Positions 10,144 to 22,314 of a DNA stretch of 64,000 nucleotides are shown piece by piece. The stretch comes from an uncultured Candidatus Rokubacteria bacterium (GTDB lineage Bacteria > Methylomirabilota > Methylomirabilia > Rokubacteriales > CSP1-6): positions 96,001 to 160,000 of the forward strand of contig CAVWWD010000007.1 of NCBI GenBank assembly GCA_963758635.1, in the 5' to 3' direction. The first letter of the stretch is position 1, and each line of letters starts with the position of its first letter. The position numbers and the translations under genes are program-made. The notes under the pieces are model-generated. The model did no database searches and was not told the DNA's origin. It saw nothing but the letters and a program-made list of their open reading frames with translations.

Positions 10144-13100
10144 ATGACGCTTGCGGTGGCGCGCCGGCCGGCCAGCCCAGTCCTTTTTGCATTGCTCGCC
10201 GTCTTGCTCGTAGGTGTCAGTCCGTGCGCGGTCAGTGCTCAATCCCCACCGGGTCTGGTGGCGGCGTGGGGGTTCAACGAGGGGGCGGGGGCGACGACGG
10301 CGGATGCGTCGGGGAACGGCAACACGGGGACGATCTCGGGGGCGACGTGGACGCCAGCGGGGCGGTACGGGAATGCGCTGACGTTCAACGGAGTGAACGA
10401 CCTGGTGGTGGTGAACGCGTCGAGCTCGTTGAACCTGACGACGGGGATGACGCTGTCGGCATGGGTGTATCCGACAGGGCAGCAGTCGGGGTGGCGGACG
10501 ATCCTGCAGCGGGAAGTGGACGCGTATTTCCTGGACGCGAGCAGCGCGAGCGGAACGCGGCGCCCGGCGGGCGGGGGGACGTTCAACGGGGGCGTGAGCT
10601 TCGTGAGGGGCAACACGTCGCTGGCGCAGAACACGTGGACGCACGTGGCGTTGACGTGGGACGGGGCGACGATGCGGCTGTGGGTGAACGCGGTGCAGGT
10701 GGCGAGCCGGGCGCAGGGCGGAGTAGTGGAGGGCAACACGAACCCGCTGCGGATCGGGGGAACACGCACGGGGAGTGGTTCCGGGGGCGGCTGGACGAGA
10801 TCCGGATCTACAACCGGGCGCTGAGCCAGGCGGAGCTGCAGACGGACATGGCGACGCCGCTGGGCGGGGGCGCGCCGCCACTTGACACCACGGCGCCGGC
10901 GGCGACGATCACGACGCCGACCGCGAACCCGAGTCGCGGTCACGGCGAGCCCCCTGAACCTCGGGGGGACGGCGAGCGACAACGTCGGGGTGACGCAGGT
11001 GACGTGGGTGAACGACCGCGGGGGGAGCGGGACGGCGGCGGGACGACGAACTGGACGGCGTCGGGGATCGCGCTGCAGGCGGGGGTGAACGTGCTGACGG
11101 TGACGGCGCGGGATGCCGCGGGCAACACCGGGACCGACACGCTGACGGTGACCTACACGCCGCCCGACACGATAGCGCCGACGGTGACGATCACGACGCC
11201 GACCGCGAACCCGACCGTCACCGTCACGGCGAGCCCCCTGAACGTCGGGGGCACGGCGAGCGACAACATCGGCGTCACGCAGGTGACGTGGGTGAACGAC
11301 CGCGGGGGGAGCGGAACAGCGGCGGGGACGGCAAGTTGGACGGCGTCGGGGATCGCGCTGCAGGCGGGGGCGAACGTGCTGACGGTGACGGCGCGGGATG
11401 CCGCGGGCAATACCGGGACGGACACGCTGACGGCGACCTACACGCCGCCCGACACGACGGCGCCGACGGTGACGATCACGACGCCGACCGCGAACCCGAC
11501 CGTCACCGTCACGGCGAGCCCCCTGAACATCGGTGGCACCGCGAGCGACGACGTCGGGGTGACGCAGGTGACGTGGGTGAACGACCGCGGGGGCAGCGGC
11601 ACGGCGGCGGGGACGACGAGCTGGACGGCGTCGGGGATCGCGCTGCAGGCGGGGGTGAACGTGCTGACGGTGACGGCGCGAGATGCCGTGGGCAATACAG
11701 GGACGGACACCCTGACCGTGACCCACACGCCGGACACGACGGCACCGACGGTGACGATCACGACGCCGACGACCGATCCGACCCTCGCGGTGACGGCGAC
11801 ACCCGTGAACCTCGGGGGGACGGCGAGCGACGACGTCGGGGTGACGCAGGTGACGTGGGTGAACGACCGCGGGGGGAGCGGGACGGCCGGTGGGACGACG
11901 AACTGGACGGCGTCGGGGATCGCGCTGCAGGCGGGAGTGAACGTGCTGACGGTGACGGCGCGGGATGCCGCGGGCAACACCGGGACCGACACGCTGACGG
12001 TGACCTACACGCCCGCCGTCCCCGTTGGCCTCGTGGCGGCGTGGGGGTTCAACGAGGGGACAGGGACGACGACGGCGGACGCCTCGGGGAACGGCAACAC
12101 GGGGACGATCTCCGGGGCGACGTGGACGACGGCGGGCCGGTATGGGAACTCGCTGACGTTCGACGGAGTGAACGACCTGGTGGTGGTGAACGCGTCGAGC
12201 TCGTTGAACCTGACGACGGGGATGACGTTGTCGGCGTGGGTGTATCCGACGGTGGCGCAGACCGGGTGGCGGACGATCCTGCAGCGCGAGGTGGACACGT
12301 ACTTCCTGAACGCGAGCAACTCGAACGGGCCGCGGTTCCCTTCGGGTGGGGGACGTTCAGCGGGAGCGTGAACGTCGTGAGCGGCGACACGTCGCTGGCC
12401 CTGAACGCGTGGACGCACGTGGCGTTGACGTGGGACGGGGCGACGATGCGGCTGTGGGTGAACGGGGTGCAGGTGGCGAGCGGGGCGCAGGGCGGGGTGC
12501 TGGAGGCCAACACCAACCCGTTGCGGATCGGGGGAACACGTACGGGGAGTGGTTCCAGGGGCGGCTGGACGAGATCCGGATCTACAACCGGGCGCTGAGC
12601 CAGGCCGAGCTGCAGACGGACATGGCCACGCCGGTAGGCGAGGGGGCGCCGCCGCCGGACGCGACGCCGCCGGTGGTGACGATCACGGCGCCGACCCCGA
12701 ACCCAAGTCTGGCGGTCACGGCGAGCCCCCTGAACCTCGGGGGACGGCGAGCGACAACATCGGGGTGACGCAGGTGACGTGGGTGAACGACCGGGGGGGA
12801 GCGGGACGGCGGCGGGGACGGCGAGCTGGACGGCATCGGGGATCGCATTGCAGTCGGGGACGAACGTGGTCATGGTGACGGCGGCGGACGCCGCTGGCAA
12901 CACGTCGACGGACATCCTGATGGTGACCTACACTCCCGGCGGCGGGGACGTCACCCCGCCGATGATCACCATCACCAGCCCGACCTCGAACCCGGCCTAC
13001 ACGGCGCCGTCGACGCCGCTCAGTCTCGGCGGCACCGCGAGTGACAACGTCGGGGTGACGCAGGTGACGTGGGTGAACGACCGAGGGGGAGCGGGACGGC

Positions 13101-14868
13101 GGCGGGGACGGCGAGCTGGACGGTGTCGGGGATCGCGCTGCAGGCGGGGACGAACGTGGTCACGGTGACAGCGCGAGATGCCGGCGGCAACACGTCGACA
13201 GACACGCTGACTGTCACCTTCACTCCGGGGGACTCCACCCCGCCCACCGTCAGCATCACGTCTCCGAGCGCCGGTGCCACTGTGGCGAGCACCATCACGC
13301 TCACAGCCTCCGCCTCCGACAACGTCGCCGTGGCCGGCGTTCGCTTCTTCGTGGACGGGGTCCCCATCGGGGCGGAGGACTCCACCGCCCCGTACTCGAG
13401 ACTCTGGAACACGAGCACGGTGCCTCCCAGCGTGCACGTCCTGACCGCGCAGGCGCGGGATGCCGCCGGTAACGTCACCACGTCCGCGGGGGTCTCAGTC
13501 ACCGTCCGATCGGCGACGCCCGCCGACATCGGGCAGTGGTCCGCCCCTTCGCCGTGGCCGATGGTGGCGGTTCACGCTACTCTCATGCCCAACGGGCGGG
13601 TGCTTGCCCTCGACGGGGCCGCCGAGGGCGGAGCTGCGTGGGTCTGGAATCCGGCGAACAATCAGTTCACGGCCGTGTCGCAGCCGGACAACCTGTTCTG
13701 TTCCGGCCACACACTCCTTGCCGACGGGCGGGTATTTGTCGTCGGCGGGCACATCAGCAATTTCGAAGGGATCCGGGACGCGAACATCTTCGACCCGGCC
13801 ACGAACACGTGGGCCCCGCAGCCCTCCATGACCATCGGGCGATGGTATCCGACCGCGATCACCCTGCCCGACGGCCGCGCGCTCGTGGTGTCCGGCGACG
13901 TCGACTGCTACGGGTGCAGCGCCCAGATCCCCGAGATCTACAACCCGACCACTCACCAGTGGACGCGTCTGACCTCGGCGGCGCTGTCCTTGCCGCAGTA
14001 TCCGCACCTCTTCGTACTCCCGGACGGGCGCGTGCTCCTCACCAGCGCGTTCGATGATCCCGTAGCCACCCGCGTGCTCGACGTCAATACCCAGACGTGG
14101 ACCGTCATCGACTCACGGCTCCTCGACGCCCACAGCGCCGCCATGTACCGGTTGGGCAAAGTCGTGAAGTCGGGCACGTCGGCGAACTCGGATCCGCCTT
14201 ACTTTGCCTCGGACGCAACCACGTACGTCCTCGACATGAACCAGGGGTCACCCGCCTGGCGGGAGGTGCCGCCGATGGCGTTCCCACGCTCGTATCACAA
14301 CCTGACCATCCTCCCGGATGGCAGCGTCCTGGCGACCGGCGGGACCCGGGTGACCGACCCGACCGACCAGAGCCAGGGCGTGTTCGCAGCTGAGCTCTGG
14401 TCACCGGAGACCGAGACCTGGACGACCATGGCCTCGAATCAGGTCGTCCGCGTCTACCACACGACTGCCCTCTTGCTCCCCGACGGCCGGGTGGTCATGG
14501 CGGGGAGCGGTCGGTTCGGGGGAGTTGACGAGCTCTCCGCGGAAATCTACTCGCCGCCCTACCTCTTCAAGGGATCGCGGCCGGTGGTGAGCGCGGTGCC
14601 CGCCCAGGTGCCCTACGGCTTCAGCTTCCCGGTGGTGACACCGGACGCCGCGCGGATCGCAGCGGTGTCGTTGATTCGCCTGGCCTCGGTCACTCACGGG
14701 TTCGACATGAACCAGCGCTATCTGAGCCTCGCCTTCACCGCGTCGGCCGGGCAGCTGGACGTCCAGGCGCCCGCCAACGGGGCCACGGCGCCGCCGGGCG
14801 ACTATCTCCTGTTTCTCGTCGACACGAATGGCGTCCCGTCGATAGGGGCATTCGTGCGGCTCCCGTAG
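10144..14868 (+). CDS. Large secreted LamG-Ig(x4)-LamG-Ig(x3)-galactose/glyoxal oxidase (AA5 copper-radical oxidase); several frameshifts
   Basis: LVAAWGFNEG..LRIG LamG twice; DTTAPTVTIT..TVTARDAAGN Ig repeats; kelch oxidase with NLFCSGH, RWYP, RVYH, VTHG and C-terminal DUF1929-like PPGDYLLF. Confidence 0.85.
10880..13230 (+). repeat. Tandem ~285-nt Ig-domain coding repeats (6 copies, interrupted by the second LamG)
   Basis: Near-identical gtgacgcaggtgacgtgggtgaacgaccg units; LamG DNA also duplicated (10250-10860 vs 12025-12630). Confidence 0.85.
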
Positions 14869-15786
14869 GGCGCACCGCCAGCCGGACCGCGACATGCCCG
14901 CGTCCGGCTCCCTGCGTTTCCGCACCAAGGAAGCGTTGAGCGGATGACGCAATCGATACCAAGTGTGCCGGGGACAGAAATAAGTGACCGTTTTCGCGCG
15001 AGGCGGACTGAGGGCCAAAGAGACGAACGCTCGGCGTTCGCCTCGAAGTCCAAGGACGCGGCGGTCCAGCGAATCAACGCTGGTGAGAAAGGCGGCACGG
15101 TAGCGATGGAGTGAGAACCGTCGGGGGATGATTCAGAATTGACCACGTCGGCGCGGGGCGGGTCACGATCCTCGGCTCCGGCGAACCACAACCGACCGGA
15201 CCCAGACGCCGCTTGGGACAGTTCCAAGGCCCCCCGGATGGTGCGGCGAGCAGGCTGCACTCGACTGCAGATACTCAGAGGACTAGGTCACAGTTTCATC
15301 ACCTGGCTACACGGGCAACGAGTCCTGGCGGCACGCCGGGGGAGGCCCACAGAGCACGGGCGGAGGCGCAGGGAGCGAAAGGCGACTAGTATCGCTGACG
15401 GTCAACTCGACGGCCGCCCCAGTTTCCGCGTCCTGGGCCAGACACACGGTGGTGTCCTGGAACGCCGATCTTCGGGCGCCCTGCACCCGGTACCGAGCCC
15501 CGCCCCTCAGATCCCGGGCTGAGGGAACATGAACAATCAGCCCGCGATGGCCAGCAGTTGTCACACGTCATCACCCGCTCGTCTGTCCACCTGGCAGCAA
15601 GCCGTATACCACTACCGTTAGTTCACTCGCATGATCGCGGCAACGGGTTCGAATAACCGGATGCCCCTGCGTCGGATCGCAACACGCTGCACAGTGTCTG
15701 CAGTTTGCCAACCAACAGCAATCGCTGCCTCGGCCACTACGTTCTGGATGCGCCAAAACAACAAGGCTCGTGCGATTGCCCGGTTC

Positions 15787-15802
15787 TGGCACGAATACTG
15801 CT
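15787..15802 (+). promoter_or_regulatory. sigma54 -24/-12 promoter upstream of NRPS
   Basis: TGGCACGAATACTGCT; GG(15788-89)-N10-GC(15800-01); CTGCA-N7-TGCAG palindrome at 15687-15703 upstream. Confidence 0.72.
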
Positions 15803-15897
15803 GTCAGTCGCGTGCCCAGATTCTGGCGATCATCTAGAGCCCTGGTTGGGTCGTCGGCAGTCCGTCATTACATGAATCGTAAGCCTCAACACGACGC

Positions 15898-18800
15898 GTG
15901 GCCATGAGCATCATCCGCCGGTATCACCCTTCCCACGGGCAACGAGCTCTGTGGTTTCTCCACGGTCTAGCTCCCCAGAGCGCCGCGTACAACGCCATGT
16001 CCACGTGGCGCATCCAGTCGCCCGTCGACCTCGGCGCCCTCCGGAGGGCGTGGGCTGGCGTGACACGACGGCACGATTCCATCAGGACAACCTACCGAGT
16101 CGTGGACGGAGCGCTCGTGGCCGAGGTGGGCGACCGCGGCCAAGACCTCCTGCTGGTCGACGCCAACGGGTGGGCTCCCGAGGAGCTTATACGGCGGGTA
16201 TCGCAGGAGGCCCACCGCCCCTTCGACCTCGAGCGTGGACCGCTGTTCCGGGCGATGCTCTTCAGCGCCTCGCCCGAGGACCACGTGCTCCTCATCTCGG
16301 CGCACCACATCGCGGCAGACGGCTGGTCGAACCGGATCCTCATGAGGGAGCTCGGGGCGCTCTACGGCGCCCACACCATGGGGCGCTCGCCGGCATTGCC
16401 CCCCGCCGGACCTTCCTGCGAGGAGTTCGCTCGCTGGCAGGCCGAAATGCTGGCCGGGCCGGCCGGGGAACGTCTCTGGTCGTTCTGGCGCGACCAGCTC
16501 TCAGGTGAGCTGCCGAGGCTCGACCTTCCCGCCGATCGACCGCGCCCCTCGGTCCAACGCCATCGCGGCGCCGCCGAGACGATCGACCTCGACGGCGAGC
16601 TCGCTCTGATGATCGGCCGGCTGGCTCGCTCCCACCACACGACTCCGTTCGTCGTCCTGCTGTCCGCCTTTCAGGTTCTTCTCGCCCGCTACACGGGTCA
16701 GGATGACATCGTCGCTCGGCTCCATCGCGTACGGCCGACCCGTGCCGCGCTTCCGCCGGACCTTCGGCAATCTGATGAACCAGGTCCTCCTGCGTGCTGA
16801 CCTCTCGGGCCAGCCGAGCTTTGCGGACGTGGTGCAGCGGGCCCGGCAGACGGTGCAGGGCGCTCTCGCCCACCAGACATATCCGTTTCCCCTCCTCGTG
16901 GAGCGGCTCGCGCCGGTCCGGGACCCAGGGCGGGCCGCCCTCTGCGACGTCACCTTTGGTCTCACCTACCTGATCGGCGAGGGCCGGGCCACGCTCGACT
17001 GGGGCCAGTTGTCGCTGACCGCACTCCCGGTGCCGCGGCGCGCGAGCCAGAGTGACCTCGATGTGCAGATCGTCGAATCGGCTCACGGCATGACCGCCGT
17101 GTTCCAGTACGACACGGATCTCTTCGACGTCGAGACGATTCAAAGGATGGGCCGGCACTACCGCCGGTTGCTCCGCGCCGTCTGCGCCCAACCCGCCCAG
17201 CGTATCGCGGAGGCGCCCCTTCTCGAGGAAGAAGAGCGTACGGCGCTCGTGGCCGGATGGACCAACGCGAGGCGCGATGGCGTCGAGTCCGCGCGGGTCG
17301 AGACTCTCGTCGAGGCGCAGGTCGACCGCGCCCCCGACGCCGTCGCGCTCTCGGGCGGCGGTCGGAAGCTCAGCTACCGAGCACTGGACGAGCGGGCGAA
17401 CCAAGTCGCTCACCGTCTGCGGCGGTTGGGAGTCGGCCCCGACATGTCGGTGGGCATCTGCGTGGACCGCTCGCCGGATCTGGTGGTCGGTCTCCTCGGC
17501 ATCCTGAAGGCCGGCGGGGCCTACGTGCCGCTGGACCCGTCGCTCCCGCCCGCCCGCCTCGCGTTTGTCGTCGACGACGCCAAGGCCTGTGCCCTCGTCA
17601 CGGAGGAGCGCTTTCGACCGCTCTTCGCCACCTCGTCCATTCCCACCCTCTCGCTCGACGCCGAAGTAGCCAGCCTCGACGGCGAACTGGTCACCCGGCT
17701 CGCCATCGGCGAGTTTCGGTCTGGCCGGGATCGCGCCTACTGTGCGTATACCTCGGGGTCTTCGGGAATCCCCAAGGGCGTCGAGGTGGAGCACCGCGGG
17801 GTGGTCAACGCCGTCGGGGATGTGATCAGCCGTTTGCGACTCGGCCCGGCCGACGTGTGGACAGCCATCACCACGGTGGCCTTCGACGTGGCGTCGCTCG
17901 AGATCTGGGGAGCGCTCGCCGCCGGGGCGCGGCTGGAGATGGTGGATGCGGGCACGGCGGCCGACGGGGAGCAACTGGCCGCCGCCGTGCGCAATACCGG
18001 TACCACCGTGCTCCTCGGCACCCCGACGTTGTGGCGGCACTTGCTGACGTCGGGCTGGTCGGGACAGCCGGGTCTCAAGATGATCTGCGGTGGTGAGCCG
18101 CTCACTCGGGATCTCGCCGAGGCCTTGCTCCAGCGCGGCGCGGAACTGTGGAACCAGTACGGGCCGACCGAGGCGACGATGTACGCGACGACGGAGCAGG
18201 TCATGCGGGACGGGGCGCCGCCGACCATCGGCCGCGCCATCGCCAACATGCGGGCGTACGTGCTGGACCCGCGCGGCGAGCCCGCCCCGGTCGGTGTGGC
18301 GGGCGAGCTGTGGGTCGCGGGAGTCCAGGTCGCCCGGGGCTACCTGAATCGCCCAGTCGAGACCGATCGGTCCTTCGGGGCAGATCCTTGGGTTCCCAAC
18401 AGCCGCCGCTATCGCACCGGAGATCTGGCGCGCTATCGCTCCGATGGCCGGCTCGAGTACCTCGGACGCCTCGACACCCAGGTCAAGATTCGCGGGTATC
18501 GCGTCGAGCTTGGCGAGATCGAAGCGGTGATCGAGTCTCATCCGGCCATTCGCTCGGCGGTGGTGCTGGCGCCGCCAGGCGGAAGTGCTGGCGAGGGACT
18601 GACCGCGTACCTGGTGGTCAGCGATCGCGAGTCATCGCCGCCCGCCGAGGACCTCCGCGCGTTCCTCCAGGCCCGCCTGGGCAGCTACATGATCCCGTCC
18701 ACGTTCATGCTCCTCGACGCGCTCCCTGAGACCCCGGGCGGCAAGGTGGATCGTCGAGCCGTGGCTCGCGCGCCCGCGACCCGGCTCGAGCGCCAAAGAA

Positions 18801-21800
18801 CCCTCCTCCTGCCTCGGACGGGACTGGAGGAGACGGTCGCCCGGATCTGGGCGGAGGTGCTGGAGCTCGAGCGGGTCGGGGGCGACGACAATTTCTTCGA
18901 GCTTGGCGGGCACTCGCTGCTGGCCACGCAGATCGTCTCGCGCATCCGGGAGACTCTTCAGGTCGACCTCGCGTTGCGCGATCTGTTCGAGGCGCCGACC
19001 GTCGCCGGCCTCGTCGAGCGCATCACCGACAGGCTCGGCGACGGGCTGGCTCCTCGGGGGGCGCCAATCGAACGACACGGACACGGGGGGCCGGCGCGGC
19101 TGTCGTTCTCCCAAGAGCGAATGTGGTTTCTCAATCGGCTCGCCCCGGAGAGCGCCGCGTACAACGTGCCGGCCTCGGTGCGCATTCGAGGTCCACTGAA
19201 TCTCGATGCGCTCGTTGCCGCGCTCCGCGACGTTGTCCGCCGGCACGAACTTCTCGGCGCCGTGTTTCCCATGATGGATGGTCGTCCGGTCCAGGTGGTC
19301 ACCGGGGAACAGGTGAGCATGCCGCTCGTCGATCTCCAGGGCGAGCCTGCGGCGTCGCGAGAGGCCCGCGCGCGGGACATCCTGCGGGAGGAAAGTCGTC
19401 GTTCCTTCGACCTGATCAGGGGGCCGGTCTTCCGGATGCTCGTCGTCCGGCTCGCCGCCGCCGACCACATCCTCCTGCTGAACATGCACCACATCGTCAC
19501 TGACCACTGGTCGTTCGGCGTCCTCAGCCGCGAGCTCATCTCCCTCTATTCGGCTCACTGTGCCGGTGAGCCTCCCTCTCTCTCGTCCCTTCCCATCCAG
19601 TTCGCGGACTACGCGGCCTGGCAGCGCGAGTGGCTGACCGGGCCGGTACTGGCGAATCAACTCGCCTACTGGCGCCGTCACCTTGGCGGCGCCCTGCCGA
19701 TCCTCGAACTGCCCGCGGATCGCACGCGGCCGGCGGCGCCGAGCTACGAAGGCGGGTGGGAAGCCCGCCGCCTGGCGTCGACGCTCGTGACGGCGGTCGA
19801 GACGCTCAGCCGTCAGGAGCACGCCACCGTGTTCATGAGTCTCATGGCGGCGTTCACCGCCCTTCTCGCGCGATACTCCGGTCGCGAGTGATGTCCTGGT
19901 CGGCGTGCCGATCGCCAACCGGAATCACCTCGCCTCGGAAGACCTCATTGGAAATCTCGTGAACACGCTGCCCATCCGCACGGATGTGTCCGGCGATCCC
20001 ACGTTCCGCGAGCTCTTGCGGAGCGTGAGAAGCACGCTCCTCGATGCCTATGCGCACCAGGACATGCCGTTCGACCGGCTGGTCCTGGAGCTCCAGCCCG
20101 AGCGCTATGCGAGCCACACCCCCCTGGTCAACGTCCTGGTGAACCTGCTCAATGCGCCCATGCCGCGCAGACGCTTGGCGGAGCTCGCCTGGGAGCCGTT
20201 CCCGTTCGATCGCGGGGCCGCGCAGTTCGACCTGAGCTTGACGGTCGACTGGCGCCGCGAGGGCCAACTCTATCTCGAATACAGCTCGGATGTGTTCGAG
20301 CGGACGAGCGCGCGCCGGATGCTCGATCACTTCTCGACGCTCCTGCACGCCGCGGTGGCGGATCCCGATTGCCGCCTCTCTGAGCTCTCGATGCTGACTC
20401 CGGCCGAGCGCGAGCAGCTCGTGGTGACGTGGAATCGTCACGGAGCTCCCGATCCTCCCGCGGCCTCGATTCACGGGCTGTTCGAGGCCCAGGCGGATCG
20501 CACGCCCGACGCCGTTGCCGTGATGGGACCCGACGACACGCTGACCTATCGCATGCTGGAGGGGAGGGCCAACCAGCTCGCGCGCCACCTTCGGGCGTTG
20601 GGGGTGGGCCTGGAGACGCCGGTCGGTGTCTGCTTTGGTCGGTCGGCCATGACCCTCGTGGCGCTGCTCGGCGTGCTCAAGGCTGGCGGTGCCTTCCTCT
20701 CACTGGACCCGAGTTATCCGGCGGAGCGCCTCGCCTTCATGATGGAGGACTCCTGCGCCCCGGTGCTGATCACCGACGCGCAGCATGCGCCGGCGCTGAT
20801 GAGGCCCGGCGTCCGGGTGGTGCTCCTCGACCGGGAATGGCCGACCATCGAGCGGCAGAGCCAACGGCGGCTCGCCGATGCGATCGGCGGCGATCACCTC
20901 GCGTACGTCATCTACACGTCGGGGTCGACCGGAACCCCCAAAGGTGTTCTGGGGCTGCATCGCGGGGCCGTCAACCGCTTCAATTGGATGTGGCGCACGT
21001 ATCCGTTCCAGAGCGGGGAGGTGTGCTGCCAGAAGACGTCGACCAGCTTCGTAGATTCGATCTGGGAGATCTTCGGCCCCCTGCTCCGGGGCGTGCCCGC
21101 TGTGGTGATCCCCGATCAGGTGGTCCGCGAGCCGCGCCGGCTGATCGAGGTGCTCGCCGAGCACCGTGTGACGCGAATCGCCCTGGTCCCGTCTCTGCTG
21201 AGAGCCATGCTCGAAAGCCAGGCCGATCTGGGCGCTCGCCTTCCGCATCTCAGGCTGTGGGTGTCGAGTGGAGAGGTCCTCGACCCTGATCTCGCTCGGC
21301 GCTTTCGGCAATGCGTTCCCTCCGCTGTGCTGCTCAACCTTTACGGTTGCTCGGAAGCGGCGGGCGATTCGACGTTTCACGAGGTCACCGACGCAGACGC
21401 GCGTGCGGCCGTGCCCATCGGCCGACCGATCGACCACACGGAGATCTACATCCTCGACGATCACCGACGGCCCGTTAACGTCGGCGTGATCGGCGAGCTC
21501 CACATCGGTGGCCGAGGCCTGGCCCGCGGCTACCTGAACCGGCCGGAGCTCACGGCCGAGAGGTTCGTCGCGAATCCCTTCGGCGATCGGGCGGGGGAGC
21601 GGATGTACAAGACCGGTGACCGCGCCCGTTACCGGAGCGACGGGACCATCGAGTACCTGGGCCGCGTCGACTCCCAGGTCAAGATCCGCGGGTTCCGCAT
21701 CGAGCTCCATGAGATCGAATCCGCCCTGGCCGCGCACCCCGATGTCGCCAGGGCCATCGCGGTGACGCGGAAGGACAACGCGGCCGACCAGCGCGTCGTC

Positions 21801-22274
21801 GGCTATGTCGTCCCCAAGAATGGCGCGCGCCCGCGCGACATCCTCGAATTCGTGCGCCGATGGCTTCCGGGCTACATGGTGCCCTCGGCCCTGGTCTTCG
21901 TGGAGGCCTTGCCTCTCACTCCGACCGGCAAGGTGGACCGACGGGCTCTTCCGGCGCCGGAGGCGCTCCGGCGCGACGCGGCCGATCGGCCCCGTACCGC
22001 CATCGAGGCGGCCCTGGCGGAGGTGTGGGCGCGATTGCTCGAACGCCGCGAGGTCGGCATACACGACAACTTCTTCGACCTGGGCGGGCACTCGCTCCTG
22101 GCTGCCCAGCTCGTCGACCGGATAGAGGAGGCGTTCCTGATCACCCTCCCACTCCGCAGCCTCTTCGACGCTCCCACGGTGGCGAGGCTGGCCGCATTGA
22201 TCGAGGCACTCCCCCTGACCGCGTCGGCAGCGCCGTTCCGGACCGATGAGGACCGCATCGAGATCGAACTATGA
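15898..22274 (+). CDS. Two-module NRPS, C-A-T-C-A-T (frameshifts near 16715 and 19885)
   Basis: HHIAADG and HHIVTDH C motifs; YTSGSSGIPKG/YTSGSTGTPKG; YGPTE/YGCSE; TGD; GKVDR; FFxLGGHSLL PCPs; ORFs 15898-16800, 16703-19891, 19905-22274. Confidence 0.93.
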
Positions 22275-22314
22275 GCGACGTCCCCTGGCCGGCGATGGGG
22301 GTTCGCATCCGAGC

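Noticed and set aside
10880..13230. Regular repeats as a CRISPR array
   Set aside because: About 285-nt protein-coding Ig units with no unique spacers and no cas genes
16340..22091. Long antisense ORFs over the NRPS (and similar shadows elsewhere)
   Set aside because: High-GC shadow ORFs with no motifs, opposite well-supported genes
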